A DNA stretch of 64,000 nt from an uncultured Candidatus Saccharibacteria bacterium. Its GTDB lineage: Bacteria; Patescibacteriota; SOKK01. The notes beneath the pieces are model-generated. The model was given only the letters and a program-made list of their open reading frames with translations. It ran no database searches and was not told the origin of the DNA. Position 1 is the first letter of the stretch, and every line of letters starts with the position of its first letter. The translations under genes were made by a program, and so were the position numbers. Where the stretch lies: positions 13,314-77,313 of the forward strand of contig CAZFJP010000015.1 in NCBI GenBank assembly GCA_964518965.1. The letters are read 5' to 3'. This document shows positions 1 through 9,001 of this stretch, piece after piece.

Positions 1-63
1 TTGTTGAATCTGGTCAAATTTATGATTACCGGCAATTGGGTTGACGATGTAGTAATACATAGG

Positions 64-187
64 ATAAAGTAAAAAATCAAAAGGCAAAAATTGAAGTATT
101 ATTTAGCTAAAGAAAGTAAAATGAAAAACTCACATTTTTGCACTTTACTTTCAATTTTGCTTCTTGATTTTTGCTTTTTGCCTTTGG
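64..187. repeat. AT-rich palindromic element, copy E1
   Basis: Arms aaagtaaaaaatcaaaaggcaaaaattgaagta and tactttcaattttgcttcttgatttttgctttttgccttt around the core tttagctaaagaaagtaaaatgaaaaactcacatttttgcac. The right arm encodes the last about 12 codons of ruvB. Confidence 0.65.
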
Positions 188-1200
188 AGATGTTCTTTCG
201 CTCTATCCGTTGCTTCTCTCCCCTTCGCTGTTCTATTTAAGAAACCTAATCTAATCAAATATGGTTCGCAAACACACTCAATTGTTTCTTCGTCCTCTGC
301 AATTGCCGCGGCTAAAGTTTTTAATCCTACTGGTCCACCATCAAATTTATCAATTAAAGCAGAAAGTAATTGGCGGTCAACTTCATCTAATCCTTTACTG
401 TCAACATTAAACATTTTTAAGGCCTTTTCGGCAATTTCCAAAGTAATCTTACCATCCCCTTTCACTTCAGCATAGTCGCGCACGCGTTTCAGAAGCCGAT
501 TAGCAATACGCGGCGTTTTTCGAGAACGCTTGGCAATCTCCTTACGTGCTAATGAGTCTAGCTTAATACTGAGAATCTTCGCAGAACGTTTCAAGATATC
601 ATCAATTTCCACATCTGAGTAGAAATCCAAGCGATAAGTTACCCCAAAGCGGTCGCGTAGGGGACCGGACAGAGCGCCGATTTTTGTTGTCGCGCCAATA
701 ATAGTCAGAGGTGGCAGTTCCATGCGGAGATTTTTTGCTCCCGGTCCTTTACCTAACATGATATCCAAAACCGAATCTTCCATTGCGGGATACAAAAGTT
801 CCTCTGCCTGAGTATTTAAGCGATGAATTTCATCAATAAATAAGACATCACCGGGACTTAAACTAGCAAGCAAAGAAGCAAGATCCCCGATTCGTTCAAT
901 CGCCGGACCACTAATTACTTTAAGATTACCCCCAATTTCATTGGCAATGATATTCGCAAGAGTCGTCTTTCCAATACCGGGCGGACCATATAATAAAATA
1001 TGTTCCAATGCTTCCTGACGTCTTTTTGCCGCCTGAATAAAAATTTCCAAACTTTGTTTAATCTGTCTTTGTCCAACATATTCAGCTAATTTTTGCGGTC
1101 GCAAAGTCAAATCAAGAACTTGATCTTCCTTTTGTGGTTTCGCATCTAATAAATTTTCTTCAACTGCGTTCTTTGAACTTCTTCGGGTAATTTTTTTCAT
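151..1200 (-). CDS. ruvB: Holliday junction branch-migration ATPase RuvB
   Basis: 349 aa. AAA+ Walker A LYGPPGIGKTTLA and RuvB-typical length/order, immediately downstream of ruvA with 4-nt overlap. The C-terminal Lys-rich tail is encoded inside repeat element E1. Confidence 0.9.
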   Translation of the reverse strand: MKKITRRSSKNAVEENLLDAKPQKEDQVLDLTLRPQKLAEYVGQRQIKQSLEIFIQAAKRRQEALEHILLYGPPGIGKTTLANIIANEIGGNLKVISGPAIERIGDLASLLASLSPGDVLFIDEIHRLNTQAEELLYPAMEDSVLDIMLGKGPGAKNLRMELPPLTIIGATTKIGALSGPLRDRFGVTYRLDFYSDVEIDDILKRSAKILSIKLDSLARKEIAKRSRKTPRIANRLLKRVRDYAEVKGDGKITLEIAEKALKMFNVDSKGLDEVDRQLLSALIDKFDGGPVGLKTLAAAIAEDEETIECVCEPYLIRLGFLNRTAKGREATDRAKEHLQRQKAKIKKQN

Positions 1201-1757
1201 TCACTTAACAGTTTAAGAACATATTTTAAGCGTTCTTGCACAGTTTTTAAACCACTCGGGATCTTGCTAATTACTTCATTTATCTGAGTTGGTTCATAGC
1301 CGAGACCTTGCAAAGCTAGCTGTACTTCTTCCGTTCCTGGTCTGGCTGCTATTTTCTCCTTCTCCAGTTTAGATTTCAACTCCACCACCAATCGTTCTGC
1401 AGTCTTTCTCCCAATACCCGGAATTGCCTTTAAAAAAGCAATATCCTCGCCAATAATCGCCAGATGTAATTGGCTGACACTTGCTTTTTCCAAAACTTTT
1501 AAGGCTACCTTAGGGCCAATTCCCGGAACAGAAATTAAGGTGTTAAATAACTTTAGTTCTGCAGGATTGGGAAAACCAAATAAGCTCAAATTGTCCTCGC
1601 GGACATGCAGGTGAATATGCAATTTTACTTCTTCGCCTGCCTTATATTGCTCTAGATAACGTTTTAAAGTGAAAACTTCAAAACCCACTCCGCCAATAAG
1701 CAGTGTTAGAGAATTTTGATTAACGTTCTGAATTGAACCTTTAAGATAAGAAATCAC
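1197..1757 (-). CDS. ruvA: Holliday junction DNA helicase subunit RuvA
   Basis: 186 aa. N-terminal MISYLKG motif, helix-hairpin-helix region (IPGIGPKVA, IPGIGRKTAERLV), translationally coupled to ruvB. Confidence 0.85.
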   Translation of the reverse strand: MISYLKGSIQNVNQNSLTLLIGGVGFEVFTLKRYLEQYKAGEEVKLHIHLHVREDNLSLFGFPNPAELKLFNTLISVPGIGPKVALKVLEKASVSQLHLAIIGEDIAFLKAIPGIGRKTAERLVVELKSKLEKEKIAARPGTEEVQLALQGLGYEPTQINEVISKIPSGLKTVQERLKYVLKLLSE

Positions 1758-2494
1758 TACTTCAGCTTAAATATTCTTTTAGCATTTCCAAAGAGAATTT
1801 TTTTCTGATCTTTTTGAGAAAAACTCTGTTTTATTTCACCTAACAAACGATGGGGATTTTTCTTCTGATAAATCATATGTTCATCAGAACCAAAGATTAC
1901 TCTTCCTGCTCCACATTCTTTTACTGCTCTTTTCACCTGATCAATGTTCCTGCCAGAAACTTCCAAATAAACATTTTTAAAACGCTTGCAGAGTACAATT
2001 GCCTCTTCTAAAGGACTCATGTGATAAAGAATAAAAGTAATTCGAGGAAAACTCTTAATGAATGTGGTAAAAATTTTAGCGTTACAGTAGTTTGAGTTGC
2101 CTGTATGAAAAACAACTGGCAAATTGTGAGTTTGAGCAAAATTTAATACCGGATTTAAAATTTCTTTTGTGGGATAATAACGATTCAATGAAGAATGAAG
2201 CTTAATCCCTACACACTCTTCTCGATCAACGTACTTTTCTGCATCTTTTCTCCACTCTGGATCATAAGGGTTAATCCAGATTAATTTTTTCAATCTGCTA
2301 CGAAAACGATTAACAAAATCAAAAGTTTCCCGATTGCCCCATTGTTGACCGATTGTTGCGCTTCCTAAAGAAGAAACAATTCCAATTTTTGTTCCTCGTA
2401 AAAAATGATTACGTTTTTTCTTCCTCCTTCCGTAAATTCCGGCATTGAATTTTCCTAAGTGAAGATGGGAATCAATATGATACACGGGTAACAA
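1757..2494 (-). CDS. amidohydrolase-2-like TIM-barrel metal-dependent hydrolase
   Basis: 245 aa. N-terminal HxH (DSHLHLG), internal HTG and C-terminal GSDEHM motifs typical of the PF04909-type amidohydrolase fold. Last gene of the ATP-grasp block, start overlaps ruvA stop. Confidence 0.5.
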   Translation of the reverse strand: MLPVYHIDSHLHLGKFNAGIYGRRKKKRNHFLRGTKIGIVSSLGSATIGQQWGNRETFDFVNRFRSRLKKLIWINPYDPEWRKDAEKYVDREECVGIKLHSSLNRYYPTKEILNPVLNFAQTHNLPVVFHTGNSNYCNAKIFTTFIKSFPRITFILYHMSPLEEAIVLCKRFKNVYLEVSGRNIDQVKRAVKECGAGRVIFGSDEHMIYQKKNPHRLLGEIKQSFSQKDQKKILFGNAKRIFKLK

Positions 2495-3457
2495 TTATTT
2501 TTTTAGAGATACTGCCTCTTTAAACATTTTAATCATCGCCAAATAAACTCTTTTTTGCAAAGCGCGATCTTCGGGATAAAAATAAATTCCCGGTTTAGTA
2601 TTAAGTTCAACAAGATAGGGCTTTCCTTTGGAATCAAAGAAAAAATCAATTCCCAGGATTCGTGGATAAAAAATCTTTAATCTCTTATCAATTCTTCTGA
2701 TTAATTTTTTCACCGAAGCGGGAACTTGATTATTTTTGATATTAATCATTACCCCACCCTGATGAATATTGCTCAAGAAAGAGCCTTTTTTAGCGAGACG
2801 GAAATAAGCATAAATAATTCTACCATTAATCACAAAAACACGAAGATCATGCACTCCTTTTACGAGATTTTTATATCCTTTACTGGTGTCGATAAATTCT
2901 TGAACAAGTACTTGTTTTCTGATTTTTAGTTGATTTGCTTGTTTGCGACTCAAAATCTTTACCCCAAATCCCCCAGACCCAATCGGAAATTTAAAGACAA
3001 CCTTATGACCGCGGATTAACTTAAGCGCTCTCTTTAATTCATGTTGATTTGATACCACTGAAGTTTTAGCAAACAAAGAAGGAAAAATAAAATAAGAGTA
3101 AAGTTTATTATCAAGAAGCAAAGTTAAATCAAGATTATTAATAACACTAAAATATTTCTCCAGAACTCGAGTTTTTAATATTTCTGATAAATCTGAAGGT
3201 CCTTTATCAAAAACAAGGTCTGGTTTAAATTTTTTAACCTTTTTCCAACTACCGTTCCGAAACACCCAGCCATTTTTAAATACTCCCCGCTGTTTATCGA
3301 ATTGAAACAAATTGGATTTGTAAAAAATAACGCCGTTTTTCTCTCCTAGCCAAGCAAGGTAATCATAACATTCTTTATAATTGGGCTTAAAAAACGGCTG
3401 CTTCAACTTCTCATCACGATAACTATTAAGAACCATTACTTTTATTTTCTGATGCAT
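2495..3457 (-). CDS. ATP-grasp family ligase (RimK/GshB-like)
   Basis: 320 aa. ATP-grasp signature spacing: KFPIGSGGFGV, LVQEFID, RVFVINGRIIYAY, ELNTKPG. Confidence 0.65.
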   Translation of the reverse strand: MHQKIKVMVLNSYRDEKLKQPFFKPNYKECYDYLAWLGEKNGVIFYKSNLFQFDKQRGVFKNGWVFRNGSWKKVKKFKPDLVFDKGPSDLSEILKTRVLEKYFSVINNLDLTLLLDNKLYSYFIFPSLFAKTSVVSNQHELKRALKLIRGHKVVFKFPIGSGGFGVKILSRKQANQLKIRKQVLVQEFIDTSKGYKNLVKGVHDLRVFVINGRIIYAYFRLAKKGSFLSNIHQGGVMINIKNNQVPASVKKLIRRIDKRLKIFYPRILGIDFFFDSKGKPYLVELNTKPGIYFYPEDRALQKRVYLAMIKMFKEAVSLKK

Positions 3458-3468
3458 ATAATTTTTAA

Positions 3469-4473
3469 CTAATCTAAATTAGGCTTACGATTGATTTCAC
3501 TTTCTTTACCACTAAAAAACAAAAAATCAATCAGGGCATCAGCGGGATTGTGAGCTTTACCAAAACTTGGCTGAGTGTGCATTAAAATATCGGGGTTAGG
3601 ATTAACTTCAGTTACTTTGCCGGGGGTTTTGGTAATATCTGGAGAAATAAAATCGATTCCCAATACCGGAGAAGCAAACTTACGGGCAATTGTAATTGCA
3701 ATTGATTTTGCTTCTCTACAAATCATTCCGGTCTTGTTAACTGTAAATCCTCCAAAATGAACATTAGAAGTAGTGCTTAATTTCACTTTTTGACCCTTTT
3801 TAGGAACGCTTTTTCGATTTAACCCTTGAATATTTAAAGCAAGATCAATCGATTTACTTGGTATCTCGCGAAATTTTTTCAACGATCCAGTAAAAACTCT
3901 ACCTTTCTTGATTAGAGTCGTAATCATACTTTTGCCATCACCAATTGTATAGGCCGGATTCCGTTGCAGGCAGAAAACCTTTTTGTATCCTACAACTAAA
4001 ACTCGATAATCATTACCATCTAAAAACTCCTGAATTAAAAAATGTTTACTGCCACCAAGATACTTTTTAACATTTTGAATTGCTTCTTTTAACAACTTTT
4101 GATTAGTAATCCCAGCAGTAACACCCAAACCCCACTTCAACCCTACCGGCTTAACAACAACATTTCGATATTTCTTCAGAAAAGATAAGCATTCCTTAAA
4201 AGTTTTTACTTCCTTAGTTGCGGGAACGGGTACCTTCCAGCGCTTAAATAAAGCATAAGAAAGATCTTTTCGGTTGGCCGCAATAAAAGATCCTGATTCC
4301 ATATTACCAAAAAGGGATTGGAAAAAAGTATATGATTTCTTACCTTTACTTAATTGGTATAAAAGCATGCGTGTCAAAAAAGATTTGAATCTAATTCCTC
4401 TTTTAAGCGCTGCATCAACAATTAATTTAGAAAGAGTATAGGGATTTTTTACATTTATCTTTGGTTTTTCCAT
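3469..4473 (-). CDS. ATP-grasp ligase, cyanophycin-synthetase-N-terminal-domain-like
   Basis: 334 aa. C-terminal half GIDFISPDI...EVNPNPDILMHTQPSFGKAHNPADALIDFLF resembles the CphA N-terminal ATP-grasp domain (GIDxI..DI...EVNxxPG..MH..P..G..R.VA.AI.D.LF). Assignment from memory of the family. Confidence 0.6.
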   Translation of the reverse strand: MEKPKINVKNPYTLSKLIVDAALKRGIRFKSFLTRMLLYQLSKGKKSYTFFQSLFGNMESGSFIAANRKDLSYALFKRWKVPVPATKEVKTFKECLSFLKKYRNVVVKPVGLKWGLGVTAGITNQKLLKEAIQNVKKYLGGSKHFLIQEFLDGNDYRVLVVGYKKVFCLQRNPAYTIGDGKSMITTLIKKGRVFTGSLKKFREIPSKSIDLALNIQGLNRKSVPKKGQKVKLSTTSNVHFGGFTVNKTGMICREAKSIAITIARKFASPVLGIDFISPDITKTPGKVTEVNPNPDILMHTQPSFGKAHNPADALIDFLFFSGKESEINRKPNLD

Positions 4474-4492
4474 TATATTGGAAGGTTAGCAA

Positions 4493-5389
4493 TTACTTCT
4501 TTTTACTCTTTTGGATAAGATAATCAACGATCATCCCGGCAATATTAACACCAGTAACCAATTGACACCGGGGAAAATAACAAGGAAAATTCACTTCCAT
4601 TACATAGGGATTATTTTTTTGGTCAAAAATAATATCCACTCCTCCAAATTCAATTTGTTTTAATGCTACCGCCTTAATCGCAATTTTCTCTACCTCTGAA
4701 GAAAATTTTTTTGGTTTGACAATTGGTTTTTCGCCAACATTAGTACGAAATTCTCCCGGGGGAGCAAGATATTCAATGCTATCAACAACCTTGTTACCAA
4801 GAACGATAAGACGAGCATGCGAGACTACTTCAGACTTTATAAATTCTCTCAAGATTAAATCGCGATCGCTACTTTTAAATTTTTTAATCGCGGAAAAAAG
4901 CGCAGGAAAAGAATCAGCTAAGGCAACACCCCTCCCATGACTACTCATTGTGTCTTTAACAATAACCGGAAACCCGCCTAGATATTTAACACTTTTTTTA
5001 AGATCTTCTCGGTCCAACGAGACATTAAAAACTGTTTTGGGAACTGGTACGCCATATTTCTGGTAAAGAAAGAATGAACTGGAAATTTCAAAACTATATA
5101 AACCGCGATAATAGTTATGATAAAAAGTTATTGCTCCCTGAGTAATAAAAAACTTTTCAACCAATCTCGCAATCGGAGAGATATTCGAGCGATAAACTAG
5201 ATCGCTTTTATTGATTTTAATTCGCTCTTCAAAAAAGCGAAAATTAAGCGCATCAATCTCACAAAAATTTATTCCTCTTTGACCGCAAGCTTTTCTAAGT
5301 AATTTGCTGGGAACAGTATTACGTTTAAAAACACCATCAGGATTAAAAGCATCAATGTGATAAAAATTAATCTCCTTCATTTTAACCAA
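4493..5389 (-). CDS. RimK-like ATP-grasp alpha-L-glutamate-ligase-type enzyme
   Basis: 298 aa. GFPVIVKD, LILREFI, HARLIVLGNKVV, GGVDIIFDQKNNPYVMEVN motifs in ATP-grasp order. Confidence 0.7.
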   Translation of the reverse strand: MVKMKEINFYHIDAFNPDGVFKRNTVPSKLLRKACGQRGINFCEIDALNFRFFEERIKINKSDLVYRSNISPIARLVEKFFITQGAITFYHNYYRGLYSFEISSSFFLYQKYGVPVPKTVFNVSLDREDLKKSVKYLGGFPVIVKDTMSSHGRGVALADSFPALFSAIKKFKSSDRDLILREFIKSEVVSHARLIVLGNKVVDSIEYLAPPGEFRTNVGEKPIVKPKKFSSEVEKIAIKAVALKQIEFGGVDIIFDQKNNPYVMEVNFPCYFPRCQLVTGVNIAGMIVDYLIQKSKKK

Positions 5390-6772
5390 TTATTTCCCTG
5401 GCTCCACTAAAAACTTTTTCAAGTCCTTCCTCCCTACAATCATCTGATAGTCTAATTCCTCCCGACTAATAATGGAAACTTTTGAAAAAATCTTTTTTTT
5501 AGAAATTTCAAACATTAGTTTAATCCTCGGACGAATGGTCACACCATGACTGGAATAAACAACAACAATATCAGCAAGATCAGAATGTTTGCCGTGGTAT
5601 TTGCGATTTAATTGCTGTTCAACTTTTCTCGCCCCAGCACGACTCTCAATTTCCGGCAGCTTAATCTTCTGAAAAAACTTAATCAAATCGCAAAATCCCA
5701 GTTTTCTTGCCAACTCTTCATCAACCGAGCTTGAAAATGCCCCCGTATCTATCTTTGCTTCCACTTCAATTCTCCGCCCGTTTTTTCCAATGAGAATAAC
5801 TTTTTCCACTGTACCAATTACCTGCTTTCCTGAAATTTCCTCAATTTCATCTTCAATCTCACCACCAAAAAGATTCTTGGCAATGCGAATACCATGAGCA
5901 ACATCACGAACTTGCAAGCGCTCTACTTTTTCCAAGCGATAGCGCAGTGGGGCTAGGTTCGCGACTTGAATTGCCAAGCCGGGACGAGCATTAAGTTCCA
6001 AAATCATCGGACCTCTTTTCTGATCAACAACAATATCCGCGCCAAGAAACCCAATCCCGGAAACTTGCTGCGCTTCAATGGCAATCTTCAAAATATCATC
6101 CCAAAAAGGAATGTGAAATCCGGCAACTGGCATTTTAGTGTCAGGAGTTTCAGTAATCACCTTACCCCACATCACTGCCTCTGTCGTCACACCGGTAGCA
6201 ATGTCAATCCCAGCACCTACAGCACCAAGATGCAAATTTGCTTTTCCTTGCGAAGTTTTAGTTGGAAGCCGAGTTTCTGCCATTACTGGAACTGAATTAT
6301 AGACAATCACACGAATATCTGGTATCCCTTGGAAAATATATGGCCAGAAATCTTTATGAGGAGTAAGTTTTTCTTCAAAGAAAGCAATATCGGGCACGCC
6401 GCTCATGGAATAATGACCGTCTAAAATATCATTTAAATGAACAACTAGTTCCCGGTGAGTCATCTTTGTTCCGTTCGCCCGAAGTAAATTGCCATTGCGA
6501 AAACGTTTCTTGAAAACAATAATCCCTTCACCTCCCAGTCCTCGGTTCGGTTTCAAAACAAAACTTTTTGGTAATTTGCCCCACTTAAAATCGTCAATAT
6601 CTTTACGATTTCTAATAATCCCGTAAATTTTTGGCACGGGAAGACCAGAAGCACGCAATGCTTCCTTGGTTGCTAATTTATCATCAGCCAAATGAATTGC
6701 TTTTCTTGGATTGCTCGGACGAATGTAAAGCAAATTGCGAGCATTCATACCGAGAAGATCCTTTAATCTCAT
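5390..6772 (-). CDS. fusion protein: RimK-related ATP-grasp ligase plus C-terminal clan-AA (retropepsin-like, DTGA) protease domain
   Basis: 460 aa. The N-terminus MNARNLLYIRPSN...DDKLATKEAL...GLPVP resembles the alpha-L-glutamate-ligase-related (rimK_rel) family. The ATP-grasp core is GADIVVDQKRGPMILELNARPG. The C-terminal domain contains EVEAKIDTGAFSS, i.e. an Asp-Thr-Gly-Ala active-site motif as in RimB/Zn_protease-type retropepsin-like domains that are normally separate genes next to rimK. Confidence 0.65.
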   Translation of the reverse strand: MRLKDLLGMNARNLLYIRPSNPRKAIHLADDKLATKEALRASGLPVPKIYGIIRNRKDIDDFKWGKLPKSFVLKPNRGLGGEGIIVFKKRFRNGNLLRANGTKMTHRELVVHLNDILDGHYSMSGVPDIAFFEEKLTPHKDFWPYIFQGIPDIRVIVYNSVPVMAETRLPTKTSQGKANLHLGAVGAGIDIATGVTTEAVMWGKVITETPDTKMPVAGFHIPFWDDILKIAIEAQQVSGIGFLGADIVVDQKRGPMILELNARPGLAIQVANLAPLRYRLEKVERLQVRDVAHGIRIAKNLFGGEIEDEIEEISGKQVIGTVEKVILIGKNGRRIEVEAKIDTGAFSSSVDEELARKLGFCDLIKFFQKIKLPEIESRAGARKVEQQLNRKYHGKHSDLADIVVVYSSHGVTIRPRIKLMFEISKKKIFSKVSIISREELDYQMIVGRKDLKKFLVEPGK

Positions 6773-6797
6773 AAGTTTATGATTATCTCAAGATCAA

Positions 6798-6933
6798 ATT
6801 AAAAAATCAAAAGGTAAAAAGCAAAATTGAATGCAAAAACATGGGATCTCTGCGTTTTAATTTTTTTAGCTGAATAAATACTTTAATTTTACTTTTTTAC
6901 ATTTAATTTTGCATTTTGATTTTTGCTTTTTGA
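6798..6933. repeat. AT-rich palindromic intergenic element, copy E2
   Basis: Left arm aaaaaatcaaaaggtaaaaagcaaaattgaatgcaaaaa and right arm ttttgcattttgatttttgctttttgaattt are imperfect reverse complements around a core containing tttagctgaataaatactttaattttac. It fills the gap between the 7TM gene stop and the ATP-grasp-protease start. Related to E1, E3 and E4. Confidence 0.7.
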
Positions 6934-6952
6934 ATTTAGACCATGCAATAGA

Positions 6953-8515
6953 CTATTTTTTGGTCTTCCTGTTAGCTCTTATCACCTCTCGGAATCTCCA
7001 CAATTCCCACAAACGCAAACCAGAATATAAACCCACTAAAACATTAATAGGAATTAAAGCAAAAATCCATTCGGGAGTATTAAGAATAAACGTGCGGAGA
7101 TATTCCCAACTCGCAGTGTAATAAGCAATGATAGAAATAATTAAAGTTTCAACGGTTAAAATAACTGCTGTGCGCGGACCTTTTTCAATCTGAGCACTAA
7201 CAAATTGTTCCACAAGAATAATCATTACAAGAATGGGAAAAACAGAAACAGAAATAACCTCCGTCACTTTGAAATAAACCCCTACTGCCCAAAGTCCTAA
7301 GATTGCTAAACTAACAACAGTGATCAAAATTGCCATGCGTGGAAGATAAAGAAGACGTAGACGGCGGAGCAAAAATCTACCAATAGTTCCAATAAGTAGA
7401 ATGAGTGCAAAAATAATGATGCCATAACGCAGACCAATTGCTAAAAAGGAAAGCGCGATTAATGAAGGAATAAAAATACCAAATGTCTTAAAACCAATCA
7501 ACTGACGCGCCAACGCGATTAAAGTCGCAACAATCGGAAGCATTAAAATCAAAGCAAGAACATTAGCAGGAACACCATTCCTCTTCATGGCATTTACCGT
7601 ATAGGAAAGAAAATTATAATAGCGGAAGGACATCACTTTCTGCGCTTCCGCGGCACCAATGACGCGATAATCCAACTGTTTCGCCTGTAAAATTGAGGTT
7701 AATGCGCGCGTATCTTCGATTGTCACTAAAGTATCAAGAGCATCTTCGCGAGTAAGAACAAAATCATCCGGTTTTAGAATATCCGCAGCAGATTTTGCTA
7801 ATTGTTCAATACTACCAAAACTTTTATTGCTAGTCGCGACAAAAGTTTTGTGCGAGAGATCTAAATCGGTCTGCTGACCAAAACGAGAAAGAACGTTAAA
7901 ACCAACACTGCCTTCGGTCCAAGTGATAACTAAATCGGCTTGCTCGACTAAACGACTTTTCTCTAACAAAGACTTAGCGAGAGATTCCTCAGTAGTAAAG
8001 TCCGGACTTACTCCCCGAGGCCGAATGATCTCCAAAAGAATCCCTTTCTTACTCGCTTGTCTTTTCAAAATATTAATTTCACTCTCATCACTCTTAGAAG
8101 TAACCAAAATAATCAGATTGGAGTAAACGTCCACCGTTAAACTATCACTAGTTTCCAGATCTTTGGTACGCAGGGTAAGAATAACTTTGTAATGACCGGG
8201 TGTACTGTAAGGATGAACAACTTCTTTACCCTTTCCTTGAGTTCCATCACCAAAATCCCAAAGATACTCTACAGTGCTACCACGAGGGATAATAGAACGA
8301 CTAGCATCAAAAATTGCCTTTTTGCCAACGCCAATACTAAAGTCCTCACCGGCTACTGCCTCCAAGCGATTGTTAGCGGAAAAAATGGGGGTAATAATCG
8401 CAAAAGTACAAATCAATCCGAGAAAAATTGAGAGTATTTTTTTCATTATCATAATCATAATTAGATAATAAAGGTAGAAGGCTGAAGGCGGAAGTATGAA
8501 GATTAAAAACTTCAA
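6953..8515 (-). CDS. membrane protein: N-terminal signal sequence, PKD domain, central domain, C-terminal 7-TM module
   Basis: 520 aa. The PKD hallmark is YLWDFGDGTQGKG..HPYSTPGHYKVIL. Seven predicted TM helices lie in the last about 210 aa. The likely true start is the MKKILSIFLGL signal peptide at 8446 or 8452. The architecture is reminiscent of the 7TM partners of ATP-grasp peptide-modification systems (from memory, not searched). Confidence 0.55.
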   Translation of the reverse strand: MKFLIFILPPSAFYLYYLIMIMIMKKILSIFLGLICTFAIITPIFSANNRLEAVAGEDFSIGVGKKAIFDASRSIIPRGSTVEYLWDFGDGTQGKGKEVVHPYSTPGHYKVILTLRTKDLETSDSLTVDVYSNLIILVTSKSDESEINILKRQASKKGILLEIIRPRGVSPDFTTEESLAKSLLEKSRLVEQADLVITWTEGSVGFNVLSRFGQQTDLDLSHKTFVATSNKSFGSIEQLAKSAADILKPDDFVLTREDALDTLVTIEDTRALTSILQAKQLDYRVIGAAEAQKVMSFRYYNFLSYTVNAMKRNGVPANVLALILMLPIVATLIALARQLIGFKTFGIFIPSLIALSFLAIGLRYGIIIFALILLIGTIGRFLLRRLRLLYLPRMAILITVVSLAILGLWAVGVYFKVTEVISVSVFPILVMIILVEQFVSAQIEKGPRTAVILTVETLIISIIAYYTASWEYLRTFILNTPEWIFALIPINVLVGLYSGLRLWELWRFREVIRANRKTKK

Positions 8516-8527
8516 ACTTCAGCCTTC
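8477..8527. repeat. GC-richer hairpin repeat (family 2, copy A)
   Basis: Perfect 11-bp stem gaaggctgaag / cttcagccttc with an internal gcggaag...cttc, followed by a T-run on the plus strand. It overlaps the last codons of ruvC. A related copy is at 21316-21370. Confidence 0.6.
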
Positions 8528-8998
8528 ATTTTTTGTATTAAACATATGGCATATCGCTATTGCTAAAGCATCCGCAGCATCATCCGGTTTGGGAATCTCT
8601 TTCAATTTCAAAAGTAATTGCACCATCCTTTGCACTTGTTCCTTGCCCGCACGACCGTAGGTAGTAATCGTTTGCTTTACTTGCAAAGGAGTATAATCAA
8701 CAACTGGAATACGGCATTCCGCGCCCAAAAGCAGAATTACTCCCCGTGCCTGGCCAATTTTTAGGGCAGTTTTACTATTTTTAGCGAAGAAAATTTCTTC
8801 CACTGCCAAACAATCTGGTTGATACTTATCAATGACCTTTTTTACCTCTTTATAAAGCTGCTGTAACCGCAACGGCATTGGTTGTGATTTTTTCGTTTTG
8901 ATACAACCAAAACGCACCACCCTTAAATTATCTCTATCACCTGATATTACACCGTACCCCAAAGCCGCTGTTCCGGGATCAATTCCTAAAATAATCAT
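8519..8998 (-). CDS. ruvC: crossover junction endodeoxyribonuclease RuvC
   Basis: 159 aa. MIILGIDPGTAALGYGV N-terminus with catalytic Asp, RNase-H-like fold order, C-terminal DAADALAIA. Confidence 0.85.
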   Translation of the reverse strand: MIILGIDPGTAALGYGVISGDRDNLRVVRFGCIKTKKSQPMPLRLQQLYKEVKKVIDKYQPDCLAVEEIFFAKNSKTALKIGQARGVILLLGAECRIPVVDYTPLQVKQTITTYGRAGKEQVQRMVQLLLKLKEIPKPDDAADALAIAICHMFNTKNEG

Positions 8999-9001
8999 TG
9001 A

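Noticed and set aside
164-475. 103-aa plus-strand ORF
   Set aside because: Lies entirely antisense within ruvB. Low-complexity Ser-rich translation. Typical shadow ORF.
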